Made by a program: the position numbers and the translations under genes. From contig CAZYCA010000031.1 in the NCBI GenBank assembly GCA_964645405.1, positions 23,575 to 87,574 on the forward strand: a stretch of DNA of 64,000 nt. The letters run 5' to 3'. Below are positions 1 to 11,725 of this stretch, one piece after another. The notes under the pieces are model-generated. The model ran no database searches. It was not told where the DNA came from and saw only the letters and a list, made by a program, of their open reading frames with translations. How positions within the stretch are numbered: the first letter of the stretch is position 1; each line of letters opens with the position of its first letter. Source of the stretch: an uncultured bacterium. GTDB lineage: Bacteria > Ratteibacteria > UBA8468 > B48-G9 > DSTR01.

Positions 1-310
1 GGCAACTGTTACGGAAAGAACAAGAGAAATTGGTATCAGGAGAGCTCTGGGTGCCAGGCGCCGGGACATCATGGAACAGTTTGTGACTGAGGCTGTTATC
101 CTTTCTTCCTCAGGGGGACTTATCGGTGTATTTCTTGGTGTTATTATTCCTAAGGTAGTCACCAGGCTGGCTGGCATGACAACCCTGGTTACGTTCTGGT
201 CGGTTCTCATCTCCTTCAGTATTTCAGTAGGTGTGGGAATGATTTTTGGGATTTACCCTGCCAGACAGGCGGCAAGTCTTGACCCAATCCAGGCACTCAG
301 GTATGAATAA
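1..310 (+). CDS. ABC transporter permease, FtsX/MacB family, C-terminal fragment (5' end outside window)
   Basis: Frame 2 reads [32 protein letters not shown], the conserved FtsX/MacB permease motif, then the last TM helices and a stop at 310. The ORF track shows only the part from the internal Met at 71. Confidence 0.75.
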   Translation, partial: ATVTERTREIGIRRALGARRRDIMEQFVTEAVILSSSGGLIGVFLGVIIPKVVTRLAGMTTLVTFWSVLISFSISVGVGMIFGIYPARQAASLDPIQALRYE

Positions 311-319
311 CCTGGAGTT

Positions 320-1189
320 CTATCTATAAGCTTGAGGTGCCTGCCACTCCCACATTTCCAGAGATTTACCACAGACAGGACAACTTTTCCCGGGGGATAC
401 CCATTCGTGGTTAGGCCAGCTCCCGCAATCAAACCTCTGTCCTTTTTTAGCCAGCTCTACCGGACAGCTACCGTAAATAGCATGGAAGCCCTCGTAAGTC
501 TGGCATCCGTCTGAAGTACGACCACACTGCGAGCAGACAAACTTAGGTGTCAGCCTGGCTCCTTGAAGAACAAAGTAACCGGCAAAATGAACCTTCCCGC
601 CGCATTTTAAACAGGTAGCACCATCCAGTTTAACAAAGGAAATTCTGGTAAAACGCAGTCCCTTATGCTTGACTTCAAATTCTTCCGGATAAGAAGAAGG
701 AAGCGTAATCAGACGTGGCAGGACAATGTTGTGTCTTTCCATTTTTTCCAACACTGCGGGCAAAAAGGGTAAGACTTTTCCTGCAACCAGACTCCGGGAA
801 ATTTCAGTAGCCGCCTGAGAAGAAGTACTCATTAAAATAAGGATGCCGCTAGAAAGAATAAATCCTTCCAGAATACCCAGCCCTGCTCCAGCCAGCCTGT
901 CAAGAAAATGCTTCCACTCTACGCGCCTGCGTAACATTTCAAAAAGAGTGATGGCTGTAAAGGTCAGTACGAACACGGATAAAACAAAACATATGATCTC
1001 CACCGCGATACCGGTAATGTTGAAATGCCGGAAAAGTCTTACCGGTGCCAGGTAAACAAAAGAACCCAGAGCAAGCCCCAAAAAAATACTGATTAAATCT
1101 ATTAAGGTACCCAGAAATCCTCTTACCAGGCCCATCAATATACCGGCAGTGAGCATCAACCCCGCTACAAAGTCAATCCCGCCAAACAT
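320..1189 (-). CDS. CvpA-family membrane protein fused to a C-terminal multi-CxxC zinc-ribbon domain
   Basis: The N-terminal ~170 aa has 4 hydrophobic helices resembling CvpA (MFGGIDFVAGLMLTAGILMGLVRGFLGTLIDL). The C-terminal ~100 aa carries four CxxC pairs (CLKCGG, CSQCGR, CPVCGK and others). Confidence 0.5.
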   Translation of the reverse strand: MFGGIDFVAGLMLTAGILMGLVRGFLGTLIDLISIFLGLALGSFVYLAPVRLFRHFNITGIAVEIICFVLSVFVLTFTAITLFEMLRRRVEWKHFLDRLAGAGLGILEGFILSSGILILMSTSSQAATEISRSLVAGKVLPFLPAVLEKMERHNIVLPRLITLPSSYPEEFEVKHKGLRFTRISFVKLDGATCLKCGGKVHFAGYFVLQGARLTPKFVCSQCGRTSDGCQTYEGFHAIYGSCPVELAKKGQRFDCGSWPNHEWVSPGKSCPVCGKSLEMWEWQAPQAYR

Positions 1190-1194
1190 AGTGG

Positions 1195-4484
<3,290 letters not shown>

Positions 4485-4493
4485 GAGGGTGAA

Positions 4494-5420
4494 ATGTCCA
4501 GAAAAATTAGTATCGCTTCTATTTCCATGGCTTATGAGTTAAGAAAACCGCGCTGCCGGAAAGATAATTATCTTTACGTGGAAAAGTGTTTCCAGGAGAT
4601 GAAATCCATAAGACCGGATATAGTGGCGCTACCGGAAGTCTTTGCCCTGGTCGGTCTGGAAGGCGAGAAAAAAAGTCATCCGCAGGACTTAGAATTTTTG
4701 CGGCAGATGGCAAAAAAATACCGCACCTGGGTTATAGGTTCGCTTTACCGGAAGCTTAACAGTCACTATTATAACTCTGCACTGATTATCAACCGTGACG
4801 GACAGGTCCTGGCTACCTATGACAAGATTCACCCAACAGAGACAGAGATTAAGGAAGGGGTAATTCCAGGAGATTGCCTGCAGAAGCCGATAAAAACTTC
4901 CTGGGCAATGGTCGGAGTACAAATCTGTTTTGATGCTAACTGGCAGGAAGACTGGACCCGTCTGACAGAAGAAGGAGCAGAAATAATTTTTTTCCTTTCC
5001 GCTTTTCCGGGTGGTAGCCTTCTCACTTCCCTAGCTACCCTGAATCATGTTTTCATTGTTCCCTCAACCTGGAGTCTTGACTCTGGCATAATTGATAATA
5101 CGGGTCGTTTTCTGGTCAAGACTGACCGGTTCCAGTGGTGGGTCTGTGCTACCATTGACCTGGACAGAACCGTTTATCACTGGGACTATCAAGGTCATGT
5201 TCTCTCAGAGATTAGAAAGCAGTATGGAAGAAAAATCACAATTGAAACCTTTGGCCCGGAAGGCTGGTTCGTGCTGACACCGCAGTCTGAAGAAGTGGAA
5301 ATCAGTGAAGTGGAAAAACGTTTCTCTCTGGTTCGTTATAGGAAATACATCCAGCGGGCTGAAGCCTGTCAGAATCTTGCCAGAAAAAAACACCGCAATG
5401 AAAAGCCAGGAAAAAAATAA
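4494..5420 (+). CDS. carbon-nitrogen hydrolase (nitrilase superfamily) protein
   Basis: Glu-Lys-Cys triad context: ALPEVF, YRKLNSHYYNSALII/YDKIH, VGVQICFD. It has a C-terminal extension of about 60 aa. Confidence 0.7.
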   Translation: MSRKISIASISMAYELRKPRCRKDNYLYVEKCFQEMKSIRPDIVALPEVFALVGLEGEKKSHPQDLEFLRQMAKKYRTWVIGSLYRKLNSHYYNSALIINRDGQVLATYDKIHPTETEIKEGVIPGDCLQKPIKTSWAMVGVQICFDANWQEDWTRLTEEGAEIIFFLSAFPGGSLLTSLATLNHVFIVPSTWSLDSGIIDNTGRFLVKTDRFQWWVCATIDLDRTVYHWDYQGHVLSEIRKQYGRKITIETFGPEGWFVLTPQSEEVEISEVEKRFSLVRYRKYIQRAEACQNLARKKHRNEKPGKK

Positions 5421-6600
5421 GGTTTTTGACGAAATCAGAAAAAAAGTTCAACAGCTGACTCCTGATGTTATTAAGTGGCGTCGCTGGTTTCATCAGCACC
5501 CGGAACTTGCTTTTGAGGAAAAGCTCACTTCTCAAAGAATTCAGCAGATTTTAAAGGAAAAAAATATTCCCTTCCATTTATGCGGGAAAACAGGACTGGT
5601 AGCCTATCTTCGAGGTGACAAACCAGGTGCCTGTTTAGGATTACGCGCGGACATGGATGCGTTACCAATTTCTGAAGAAACAAACCTTCCTTTTGCCTCC
5701 GTTTATCCTGGCAGGATGCATGCCTGCGGTCATGATGCACATATGGCTACTGCTTTAGGTGTGGTGGCTGTTTTAGTTCATTACCGCAAATTTTTACCTG
5801 GCACCATTAAATTCATCTTTCAGCCAGCCGAGGAGAAACCACCTGGTGGAGCCAGAGAAATTCTTACTTCCGGGCTCATAGACGAGATAAAGGGTCTGAT
5901 AGGTTTCCACTATTTTTCTAATTTACCAAAAGGGAAATACTGGATAGGTGAAGGAAGTATCCTGGCTGCCACTGACCAGTTCTCCATCAGAGTTTCCGGG
6001 CGTGGAGGCCATGCTTCTGCCCCTCACTTAACTTCTGACCCTATTGTTGCCGCCAGTTTCATTATCAATCAAACTCAGACGATAGTGAGCCGCCGCGTTG
6101 ACCCGTTGCAGAGTGCGGTTGTTTCTTTTGGCAGTATCCATGGCGGTGATGCCTTCAATATTATTCCCTCCTCAGTACATCTCCAAGGAACCGTAAGGAC
6201 ACTGGAAGAAGAAACGAGAAAACTGGTGGTCACAGCCCTAAGAAAAATATGTCGTAGTGTACAGTGTTTTGACTGTCGGGCGAAACTTGATTTTCAAAGC
6301 TATTGTCCGGCAACAAAGAATGATGTAGTTCTGGCAAAGAAGGTAAAACTTCTTTCTGAAAAAATTCTCAAGAAAAATGCTCTGGTTCAGTATCATCCCC
6401 TAATGGGCGGTGAAGATTTTGCTTTTTACAGCCAGAAGATTCCTTCCTGCTATGTTTTTGCTGGTATTGGGCGGCATTGCGGTAACAACCACAGCAGTAC
6501 CTTTAATCTGGATGAATCTGTGCTGCCTGGTACAACCTGCTACCTGTCCTGTCTTCTCTGGCAACTGGCCATGGAAACATCACAAATGGGCTCGCGTTAA
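5398..6600 (+). CDS. M20D-family amidohydrolase (aminoacylase/hippurate hydrolase-like)
   Basis: Contains WRRWFHQHPELAFEE, HACGHDAHMA and GGEDFAFY. The start is placed at MKSQEKNK, giving a 23-nt overlap with the upstream CN hydrolase. Confidence 0.75.
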   Translation: MKSQEKNKVFDEIRKKVQQLTPDVIKWRRWFHQHPELAFEEKLTSQRIQQILKEKNIPFHLCGKTGLVAYLRGDKPGACLGLRADMDALPISEETNLPFASVYPGRMHACGHDAHMATALGVVAVLVHYRKFLPGTIKFIFQPAEEKPPGGAREILTSGLIDEIKGLIGFHYFSNLPKGKYWIGEGSILAATDQFSIRVSGRGGHASAPHLTSDPIVAASFIINQTQTIVSRRVDPLQSAVVSFGSIHGGDAFNIIPSSVHLQGTVRTLEEETRKLVVTALRKICRSVQCFDCRAKLDFQSYCPATKNDVVLAKKVKLLSEKILKKNALVQYHPLMGGEDFAFYSQKIPSCYVFAGIGRHCGNNHSSTFNLDESVLPGTTCYLSCLLWQLAMETSQMGSR

Positions 6601-6673
6601 TGTAAAGCTTCTGCCAGCTACAGGAATCTACCCTTTGCCAATGAAAAGCTAAAAGCTATTTGAAAAGTTGAAG

Positions 6674-6749
6674 TCGGGGGGGAGGGATTTGAACCCTCGG
6701 CCTCATGGTCCCGAACCATGCGCGCTTAACCAGGCTGCGCTACCCCCCG
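6674..6749 (-). tRNA. tRNA-Pro (anticodon CGG)
   Basis: Minus-strand cloverleaf with a C1-G72 acceptor stem (CGGGGGG/CCCCCCG), D stem GCGC/GCGC, anticodon stem CAUGG/CCAUG, loop UUCGGGA (CGG, G37), T loop UUCAAAU and discriminator A. CCA is not encoded. Confidence 0.8.
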
Positions 6750-6759
6750 CCAAAAGACA

Positions 6760-6835
6760 GGTGCGCCCAGCCTGACTTGAACAGGCAAGCTTCGGGTCCG
6801 CAACCCGACGTTCTATCCAGTTGAACTATGGGCGC
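6760..6835 (-). tRNA. tRNA-Arg (anticodon read as GCG)
   Basis: Minus-strand cloverleaf with acceptor stem GCGCCCA/UGGGCGC, D stem GUUC/GAAC, anticodon stem UCGGG/CCCGA, loop UUGCGGA (anticodon GCG, C35, G37), T arm GCCUG-UUCAAGU-CAGGC and A73. Only CC of CCA is encoded. Confidence 0.65.
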
Positions 6836-7400
6836 CTTTTCTATTATACTCTTTTTCCCTTTCCTCGTAGAAGTCCCTGCCAGCAGAATTAATCGCTACT
6901 ACTGCTGGAAATCTGCGTACCTTCAGCCGATAGACAGCTTCAGGGCCAAGGTCAGGATAAGCTATCAGAACACAGTCCGTGACAAACCTGTGCAGAAAAG
7001 CACCGCACCCACCATAGGTTACCAGATAAAGGGCTTGATATTTCCGGCAGGCCCGGGCAATAGCCGGGGCACGTCTCCCTTTACCCATAGTGGCCCTGAG
7101 TCCATTAGCCAGGAGTTCCACAGTCATGGTGTCCATCCGGCTGCTGGTAGTGGGACCGCAGGAACCTATGACCATCCCGGGTGGACTGGGTGATGGTCCC
7201 ATATAGAAAATTAGAGCGTTTTTCAAGGGAAAGGGAAGTGGTTTTCCCTGATGAATGGTTTCTATCATTCTTTTATGAGCGGTATCTCTGGCAACATAAA
7301 TCTCTCCGTTGATTTCCACCTGGTCCCCGACTTGCAAAGCAGTAAACTGCTCTGGGCCAGAAGGGAAGTTAAGAATGTAGCAATTTTTTTTCTTCCCCAT
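6813..7400 (-). CDS. class I fumarate hydratase (Fe-S hydro-lyase, tartrate/fumarate family) beta subunit
   Basis: Contains GDQVEINGEIYVARDTAHKRM and ALIFYMGPSP. It sits immediately downstream of the alpha subunit. Its 3' end overlaps the predicted tRNA-Arg 5' region by about 20 nt. Confidence 0.8.
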   Translation of the reverse strand: MGKKKNCYILNFPSGPEQFTALQVGDQVEINGEIYVARDTAHKRMIETIHQGKPLPFPLKNALIFYMGPSPSPPGMVIGSCGPTTSSRMDTMTVELLANGLRATMGKGRRAPAIARACRKYQALYLVTYGGCGAFLHRFVTDCVLIAYPDLGPEAVYRLKVRRFPAVVAINSAGRDFYEEREKEYNRKGAHSSTG

Positions 7401-7424
7401 TGATTTTCCTTCAGCTCTAATCTT

Positions 7425-8273
7425 TTATAAGACCAGGTGTCCAACCCGGTGCGCCCAGCAGGAGAAAGATACTGCTACTGGCAGACCTGCCAGGTGTGTG
7501 GGAGCACTTTTAATATGTATCGCAAGTACGGTATGCCTCCCTCCAAAACCACCGGCACCGATACCTAACTGGTTAATTTTCCTTTTTAACCTCTGTTCTC
7601 TGGTGGAAAAAAATGACCGCGCCGGGGACACATTATCTATTTCCGCTAACGCTATCTTTGCCAGAAGGCATGCTTTTTCCGCAGTACCACCTATTCCTAT
7701 GCCCAGAAATAGAGGCGGACAGGAATTGATGGCAGATTTTTTGACACTCTGGATGACAAAATCTTCTATTCCTGACCAGCCTGCTGCTGGCGGCAACATT
7801 GCAAGAGAAGAAGCATTTTCTGAACCAAAGCCTTTAGCCATCACTGTTAACCTTAGCTGGTCCCCCGGGGTCAAAAAAAAGTGGACTACGGAAGGAGTAT
7901 TGTCCCCGGTATTGGCACGTGTTAACGGGTCTACTACGGAAGGACGAAGCCATCCGTCCCTGGTGGCCTTTCGTATCGCGTTTTGAATTGCTTCTTCCAG
8001 GTCTTCTGGACCATCAGAAATAAAATGAACCTTATCTCCACAGTGAAGAAAAATGATAAACAGCCCTGTGTCCTGGCAGATTGGTAGTTTTAACCTTTCT
8101 GCTGCTTCTAAGTTTCTTCTGATTGCCTCCAGGTAACTCCGTGCCAGGGGAACCTTTTCCTTACAACAGGCTTCCAGCAGGCTTTTTTTCACCCTGCCAG
8201 GCAGACGACGGTTAATTGCTACCGCCAGATTTGCGACCTGTGTTTCCACAAGTTTTAAAGATATTTTTCTCAT
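7425..8273 (-). CDS. class I fumarate hydratase alpha subunit
   Basis: Contains LPICQDTGLFIIFLHCGDKVHF and GIGIGGTAEKACLLAK. The start is set at the internal MRKISLKL. The longer ORF overlaps recO, so the start is uncertain. Confidence 0.75.
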   Translation of the reverse strand: MRKISLKLVETQVANLAVAINRRLPGRVKKSLLEACCKEKVPLARSYLEAIRRNLEAAERLKLPICQDTGLFIIFLHCGDKVHFISDGPEDLEEAIQNAIRKATRDGWLRPSVVDPLTRANTGDNTPSVVHFFLTPGDQLRLTVMAKGFGSENASSLAMLPPAAGWSGIEDFVIQSVKKSAINSCPPLFLGIGIGGTAEKACLLAKIALAEIDNVSPARSFFSTREQRLKRKINQLGIGAGGFGGRHTVLAIHIKSAPTHLAGLPVAVSFSCWAHRVGHLVL

Positions 8274-8997
8274 CCTGCCACCAGATATAACCGGGATCGG
8301 AGTGGTAATGAAGAACAAGATTGAGTACGAAGTTAACATTTTCCAGGATCTGGGCTGGAACCATCTTTATCACAGTAATATGTTTAGCAGAGATTCTTTC
8401 CATGGACCTCATCACTCTGAGCATGGCTGGAGAAATCCGCATTGCTGAAGAATCAGACAGACCGCACCTGGGGCAAACGATTCCTCCCAGCCGCGTGCTG
8501 ATGTAAAAAGAGCCCTTGTTTTTCCTGCAGAAAAGACAACGGTCAAGCTCCAGTCCATAGCCGAGAAGCACAACCATTTTCATTTTGAACCAGAGATAAA
8601 CGACTGCCGGGAACGCTCCCTGTTTAATAGCCTTCCCGCTCTCAAGAAGCAGGCGCAAAATTTCTTCATTCCTTTCCTGTTCCGGAAGAAAAAGATTGAC
8701 CATTCTTAACATGCGCTGCCAGATACCGGAGGATTTTACTTCTTCCATCTGAAACGACTGAATTAACTGCGGTGCATGCAGCAACATAAGGTTGCTGTTT
8801 CTCCGGGGGTAAACACACAAAAAGATATAAGAGCCGGGGTTAAAACATAGTGGTGATACCCGACTCCGGGAGTTTCTTACTCCTTTCAGTACGCCGCGGA
8901 CCTTCCCCAATTTAAGAGTAAGAAGGTCCAGCAGAACACTGGTTTCCCGAAAATCAATCCTTTTTAATACAAGTGCTTGCGTACCTATGGCTGCCAT
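8212..8997 (-). CDS. recO: DNA repair protein RecO
   Basis: N-terminal OB fold (ALVLKRIDFRETSVLLDLLT) and a C-terminal zinc motif (C..C...CPRCG). Confidence 0.8.
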   Translation of the reverse strand: MAAIGTQALVLKRIDFRETSVLLDLLTLKLGKVRGVLKGVRNSRSRVSPLCFNPGSYIFLCVYPRRNSNLMLLHAPQLIQSFQMEEVKSSGIWQRMLRMVNLFLPEQERNEEILRLLLESGKAIKQGAFPAVVYLWFKMKMVVLLGYGLELDRCLFCRKNKGSFYISTRLGGIVCPRCGLSDSSAMRISPAMLRVMRSMERISAKHITVIKMVPAQILENVNFVLNLVLHYHSDPGYIWWQDEKNIFKTCGNTGRKSGGSN

Positions 8998-9566
8998 TGT
9001 TCAGGTTTGACCAGACCCATGGAAACAACCAGGCTGAATCCTTGTTCAACAGTCAGCGACAATTCTTGAATGTTCTCCTCCGTCGTAAGTAAATAGAATC
9101 CGGTTGTGGGATTCGGCACTGTCGGAATAAGCAGACTCACCCATTTTTTCCCTTCCTGGTCCTGCCATTGTGCGGTGACAAAACCAATCATATACCCGAG
9201 TCCGAAGGCTTTGACCTTGACAACACTTTTGAAACTCCGGCTTTCCGGCCTGGAGACTGCCATGACAATAGTGCGCGAAAAAGAATAAATTTTGTTTACC
9301 AGGGGGACTGATTCCATAATTCTTTCAATGCCTCTGAGAATTGTTTTCCCCATTATATTATGAGCAAGAAAACCCAATAAAAGAATCAGCATCACCAGGC
9401 ACAAAAATCCCAGACCTGGCAGGTAAACGTTTGGTAAAAACCGTCTTAGCCAGCTTCCTAACAGGTTTTCAAGAAAAATTACTGCCCGTACCAAAATCCA
9501 GATAGAAAAACTTACCGGTATGATAAAAAGAAGGCCTGACCAGAAATATTTTTTCAGATTTTCCAT
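8985..9566 (-). CDS. DUF502-family membrane protein
   Basis: Two N-terminal TM helices, then conserved DUF502-type core sequence (RGIERIMESVPLVNKIYSFSRTIV, LVKPEQ). Confidence 0.55.
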   Translation of the reverse strand: MENLKKYFWSGLLFIIPVSFSIWILVRAVIFLENLLGSWLRRFLPNVYLPGLGFLCLVMLILLLGFLAHNIMGKTILRGIERIMESVPLVNKIYSFSRTIVMAVSRPESRSFKSVVKVKAFGLGYMIGFVTAQWQDQEGKKWVSLLIPTVPNPTTGFYLLTTEENIQELSLTVEQGFSLVVSMGLVKPEQWQP

Positions 9567-10288
9567 GGGAAAAACCCCCAGAAGATTTGAATGACCATGA
9601 TGGTAATCAAAATGCCAAGCAAGGCACCGATCACAACCTCTTCCAGGCTGTGGATACCTCGCTGAATACGACTTTGTGCTACCCAGATAGACAAAAGCAA
9701 GACTAAAAAGGAGATGAGTGGCTGCTGGTGGAATGTGAGAAAGGAAACAATTGTCCAGATACTAAAAGATACCCCGCTGTGCAGGCTGGGCATGCCCCCG
9801 CTCAGGAAAGAATCTTTCTTGATGACCAGTTTAAGGAGGATTGCCAGAAATGTCACAATCACCAGTACCACAAATGTAACATACCAGGGAGAGGCTGCTA
9901 TGTTTTCAAAAACTGACCTCCAGGAAGAAGGGAAGTGTTTGGCGACAACCAGGTATCCAGTGATAATAGCTGTTAATGCAGTGAGAAGGACTGCTGCGGC
10001 ACTCACATCCTTTATCCTTCTGGCTTCCACACTAAATTCTCTAAAGATAACATCGGTGAACATTTCACAAACTGTATTGAAAACCTCGGCCACCATAACC
10101 AGTGTTGTAACCAGAAGGATAACCAGGAATTCTGCCAGGGGCAGGTTGAGAAAAAGACTGCTTATAATAACCACTGCACCTATCGCCAGATGAAGACGAA
10201 AATTTCTTTCTATTTTCAGTATCTCAATCAACCCCCTGTAGGCAGAATTAAAACTGCTGAGAATGTCACCCTTTCTGGAAAGGTTCAT
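9554..10288 (-). CDS. DgkA-family lipid kinase fused to a PAP2-like phosphatase domain
   Basis: The N-terminal half matches prokaryotic diacylglycerol/undecaprenol kinase (EILKIERNFRLHLAIGAVVI...EVFNT). The C-terminal half carries PAP2-like motifs: PSLHSG and SRIQRGIHSLEE (SRx5Hx3E). Confidence 0.55.
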   Translation of the reverse strand: MNLSRKGDILSSFNSAYRGLIEILKIERNFRLHLAIGAVVIISSLFLNLPLAEFLVILLVTTLVMVAEVFNTVCEMFTDVIFREFSVEARRIKDVSAAAVLLTALTAIITGYLVVAKHFPSSWRSVFENIAASPWYVTFVVLVIVTFLAILLKLVIKKDSFLSGGMPSLHSGVSFSIWTIVSFLTFHQQPLISFLVLLLSIWVAQSRIQRGIHSLEEVVIGALLGILITIMVIQIFWGFFPWKI

Positions 10289-10671
10289 TTTTTTCCTTTT
10301 CTCTCTGACGGCTGAAGCTGTAGCAGATTTTCTATTTTCACCATAATTTTATCCTGTATATTTTTCATCCTGGCGTAATCCTGTGGTAGATAGTCAGAAA
10401 ACCCTTTCAGGTGTAAGAGCCCGTGAAGGATTAGGTAAAGTAGTTCTTCCTCCAGTGTTTGCCCGTAACTTTTTGCCTGTCTGGCAGCTGTTTCCACCGA
10501 GATAAATAAATCAGCAAGAGAAGCACCTGTCCGAAAAGAAAGAACATCAGTTGATCTGTTTCTTCCTGTGAACATTTTGTTTACTCTGGTGATGGTTCTG
10601 TCAGAAACAAAAACTATTGCCACCTCCTTTACTGGTAAATCAATCAATCCTGTAATTTTCTGGAGTGCCAT
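10285..10671 (-). CDS. ybeY: endoribonuclease YbeY (rRNA maturation)
   Basis: HGLLHLKGFSDY zinc-binding HxxxHxxxxxH motif. The start is set at MALQKITG. The long ORF form overlaps the phoH 3' end. Confidence 0.8.
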   Translation of the reverse strand: MALQKITGLIDLPVKEVAIVFVSDRTITRVNKMFTGRNRSTDVLSFRTGASLADLFISVETAARQAKSYGQTLEEELLYLILHGLLHLKGFSDYLPQDYARMKNIQDKIMVKIENLLQLQPSERKGKK

Positions 10672-10687
10672 TTTTAACCATTGGTTA

Positions 10688-11725
10688 TCAAACTTTACCT
10701 TTCTTTGACGTACGAGCAGGTGCCATATCACCTGTTTTTTGCCTGTGTCGCTGGTACGCATTGATTATCCTTTTCACCAGGGGATGCCTGACGACATCAC
10801 GCTGGGTGAAATAAATAAATTTTACCCCGGCCAGGCCCTTTAAGATGGACTGGACTTCCACCAATCCAGAGGTTGCCCGGGTCAGGGGTAAATCAATCTG
10901 AGTGATGTCACCTGTAATGACGGCTCTTGACTGAGGACCCAATCTGGTAAGAAACATCTGTAACTGGCCAGCTGTAGTGTTCTGAGCCTCATCTAAAATA
11001 ATAAATGCTTCCCGGAGAGTTCTTCCTCTCATATAAGCCAGCGGGATTATCTCTATAAGCCGGCGCTCTGTCCAGCGTTTCAGCTCCTCATACTTGAGCA
11101 AATCAAAAAGGGCATCGTAAATCGGCTGCAGATACGGTTTAATTTTCTCTTCCAGATCCCCGGGTAAAAATCCAAGCCTTTCACCAGCTTCCAGTGCGGG
11201 CCTGGTAAGAACTATTTTTTGAAACCATCTTCTTTTCAGGGCTTCAATGGCACAGGCTACAGCCAGGTATGTTTTTCCAGTTCCTGCCGGACCAATGCTT
11301 ACTACCAGGTCATATTTACGCATTGCCTCCACATAAAGTCTCTGTTTAGGTGATTGAGCCTCCACAGTGGGACGCCGGGAAAAAATTTCCACTACTCCTG
11401 GAGAAACCTTTTCCTGTATTTGGGCTGCCGCAAACTGGTTTTCTGATTGGGCGAGGATTTGAAGAACATCTGCTTCTTCCATCACTCCGTGGCCAGAAAG
11501 GAACTTTTTCATCTGCTCCAGAACATAAACAGCTCTGGCTACGCTGTCTGTTTCTCCTCTGATTTTTAGCTGATTACCCCGTCCCAGGATAGAAACAGAA
11601 AGTTTGCTTTCCAGAAGGCGCAGATAGTCATCGGAGCGACCGAAGATGATTTGGGCTTCGCGTGTGGTGAAGAAAACATCTCTTGTTTCTGGCATATTAC
11701 GGAAGCACAAGTTCCATCCCGACAA
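10688..11725 (-). CDS. phoH: PhoH-like ATPase (PhoH/YbeZ)
   Basis: Walker A GPAGTGKTYLAV and conserved phoH-ybeY gene order. Confidence 0.85.
   Translation of the reverse strand: MSGWNLCFRNMPETRDVFFTTREAQIIFGRSDDYLRLLESKLSVSILGRGNQLKIRGETDSVARAVYVLEQMKKFLSGHGVMEEADVLQILAQSENQFAAAQIQEKVSPGVVEIFSRRPTVEAQSPKQRLYVEAMRKYDLVVSIGPAGTGKTYLAVACAIEALKRRWFQKIVLTRPALEAGERLGFLPGDLEEKIKPYLQPIYDALFDLLKYEELKRWTERRLIEIIPLAYMRGRTLREAFIILDEAQNTTAGQLQMFLTRLGPQSRAVITGDITQIDLPLTRATSGLVEVQSILKGLAGVKFIYFTQRDVVRHPLVKRIINAYQRHRQKTGDMAPARTSKKGKV

Noticed and set aside
7498-7986. 162-aa + strand ORF inside the fumarase alpha gene, and similar internal antisense ORFs throughout the window (for example 9714-10193, 20240-20644, 21218-21841, 47003-47575)
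   Set aside because: Each is fully nested antisense to a confidently identified conserved gene. I see no independent support for any of them.
8212-8339. Apparent 128-nt overlap between recO and the fumarase alpha ORF
   Set aside because: This is probably an ORF-extension artefact. The fumarase alpha most likely starts at the internal MRKISLKL or further downstream. It is not evidence of a true long overlap or a frameshift.
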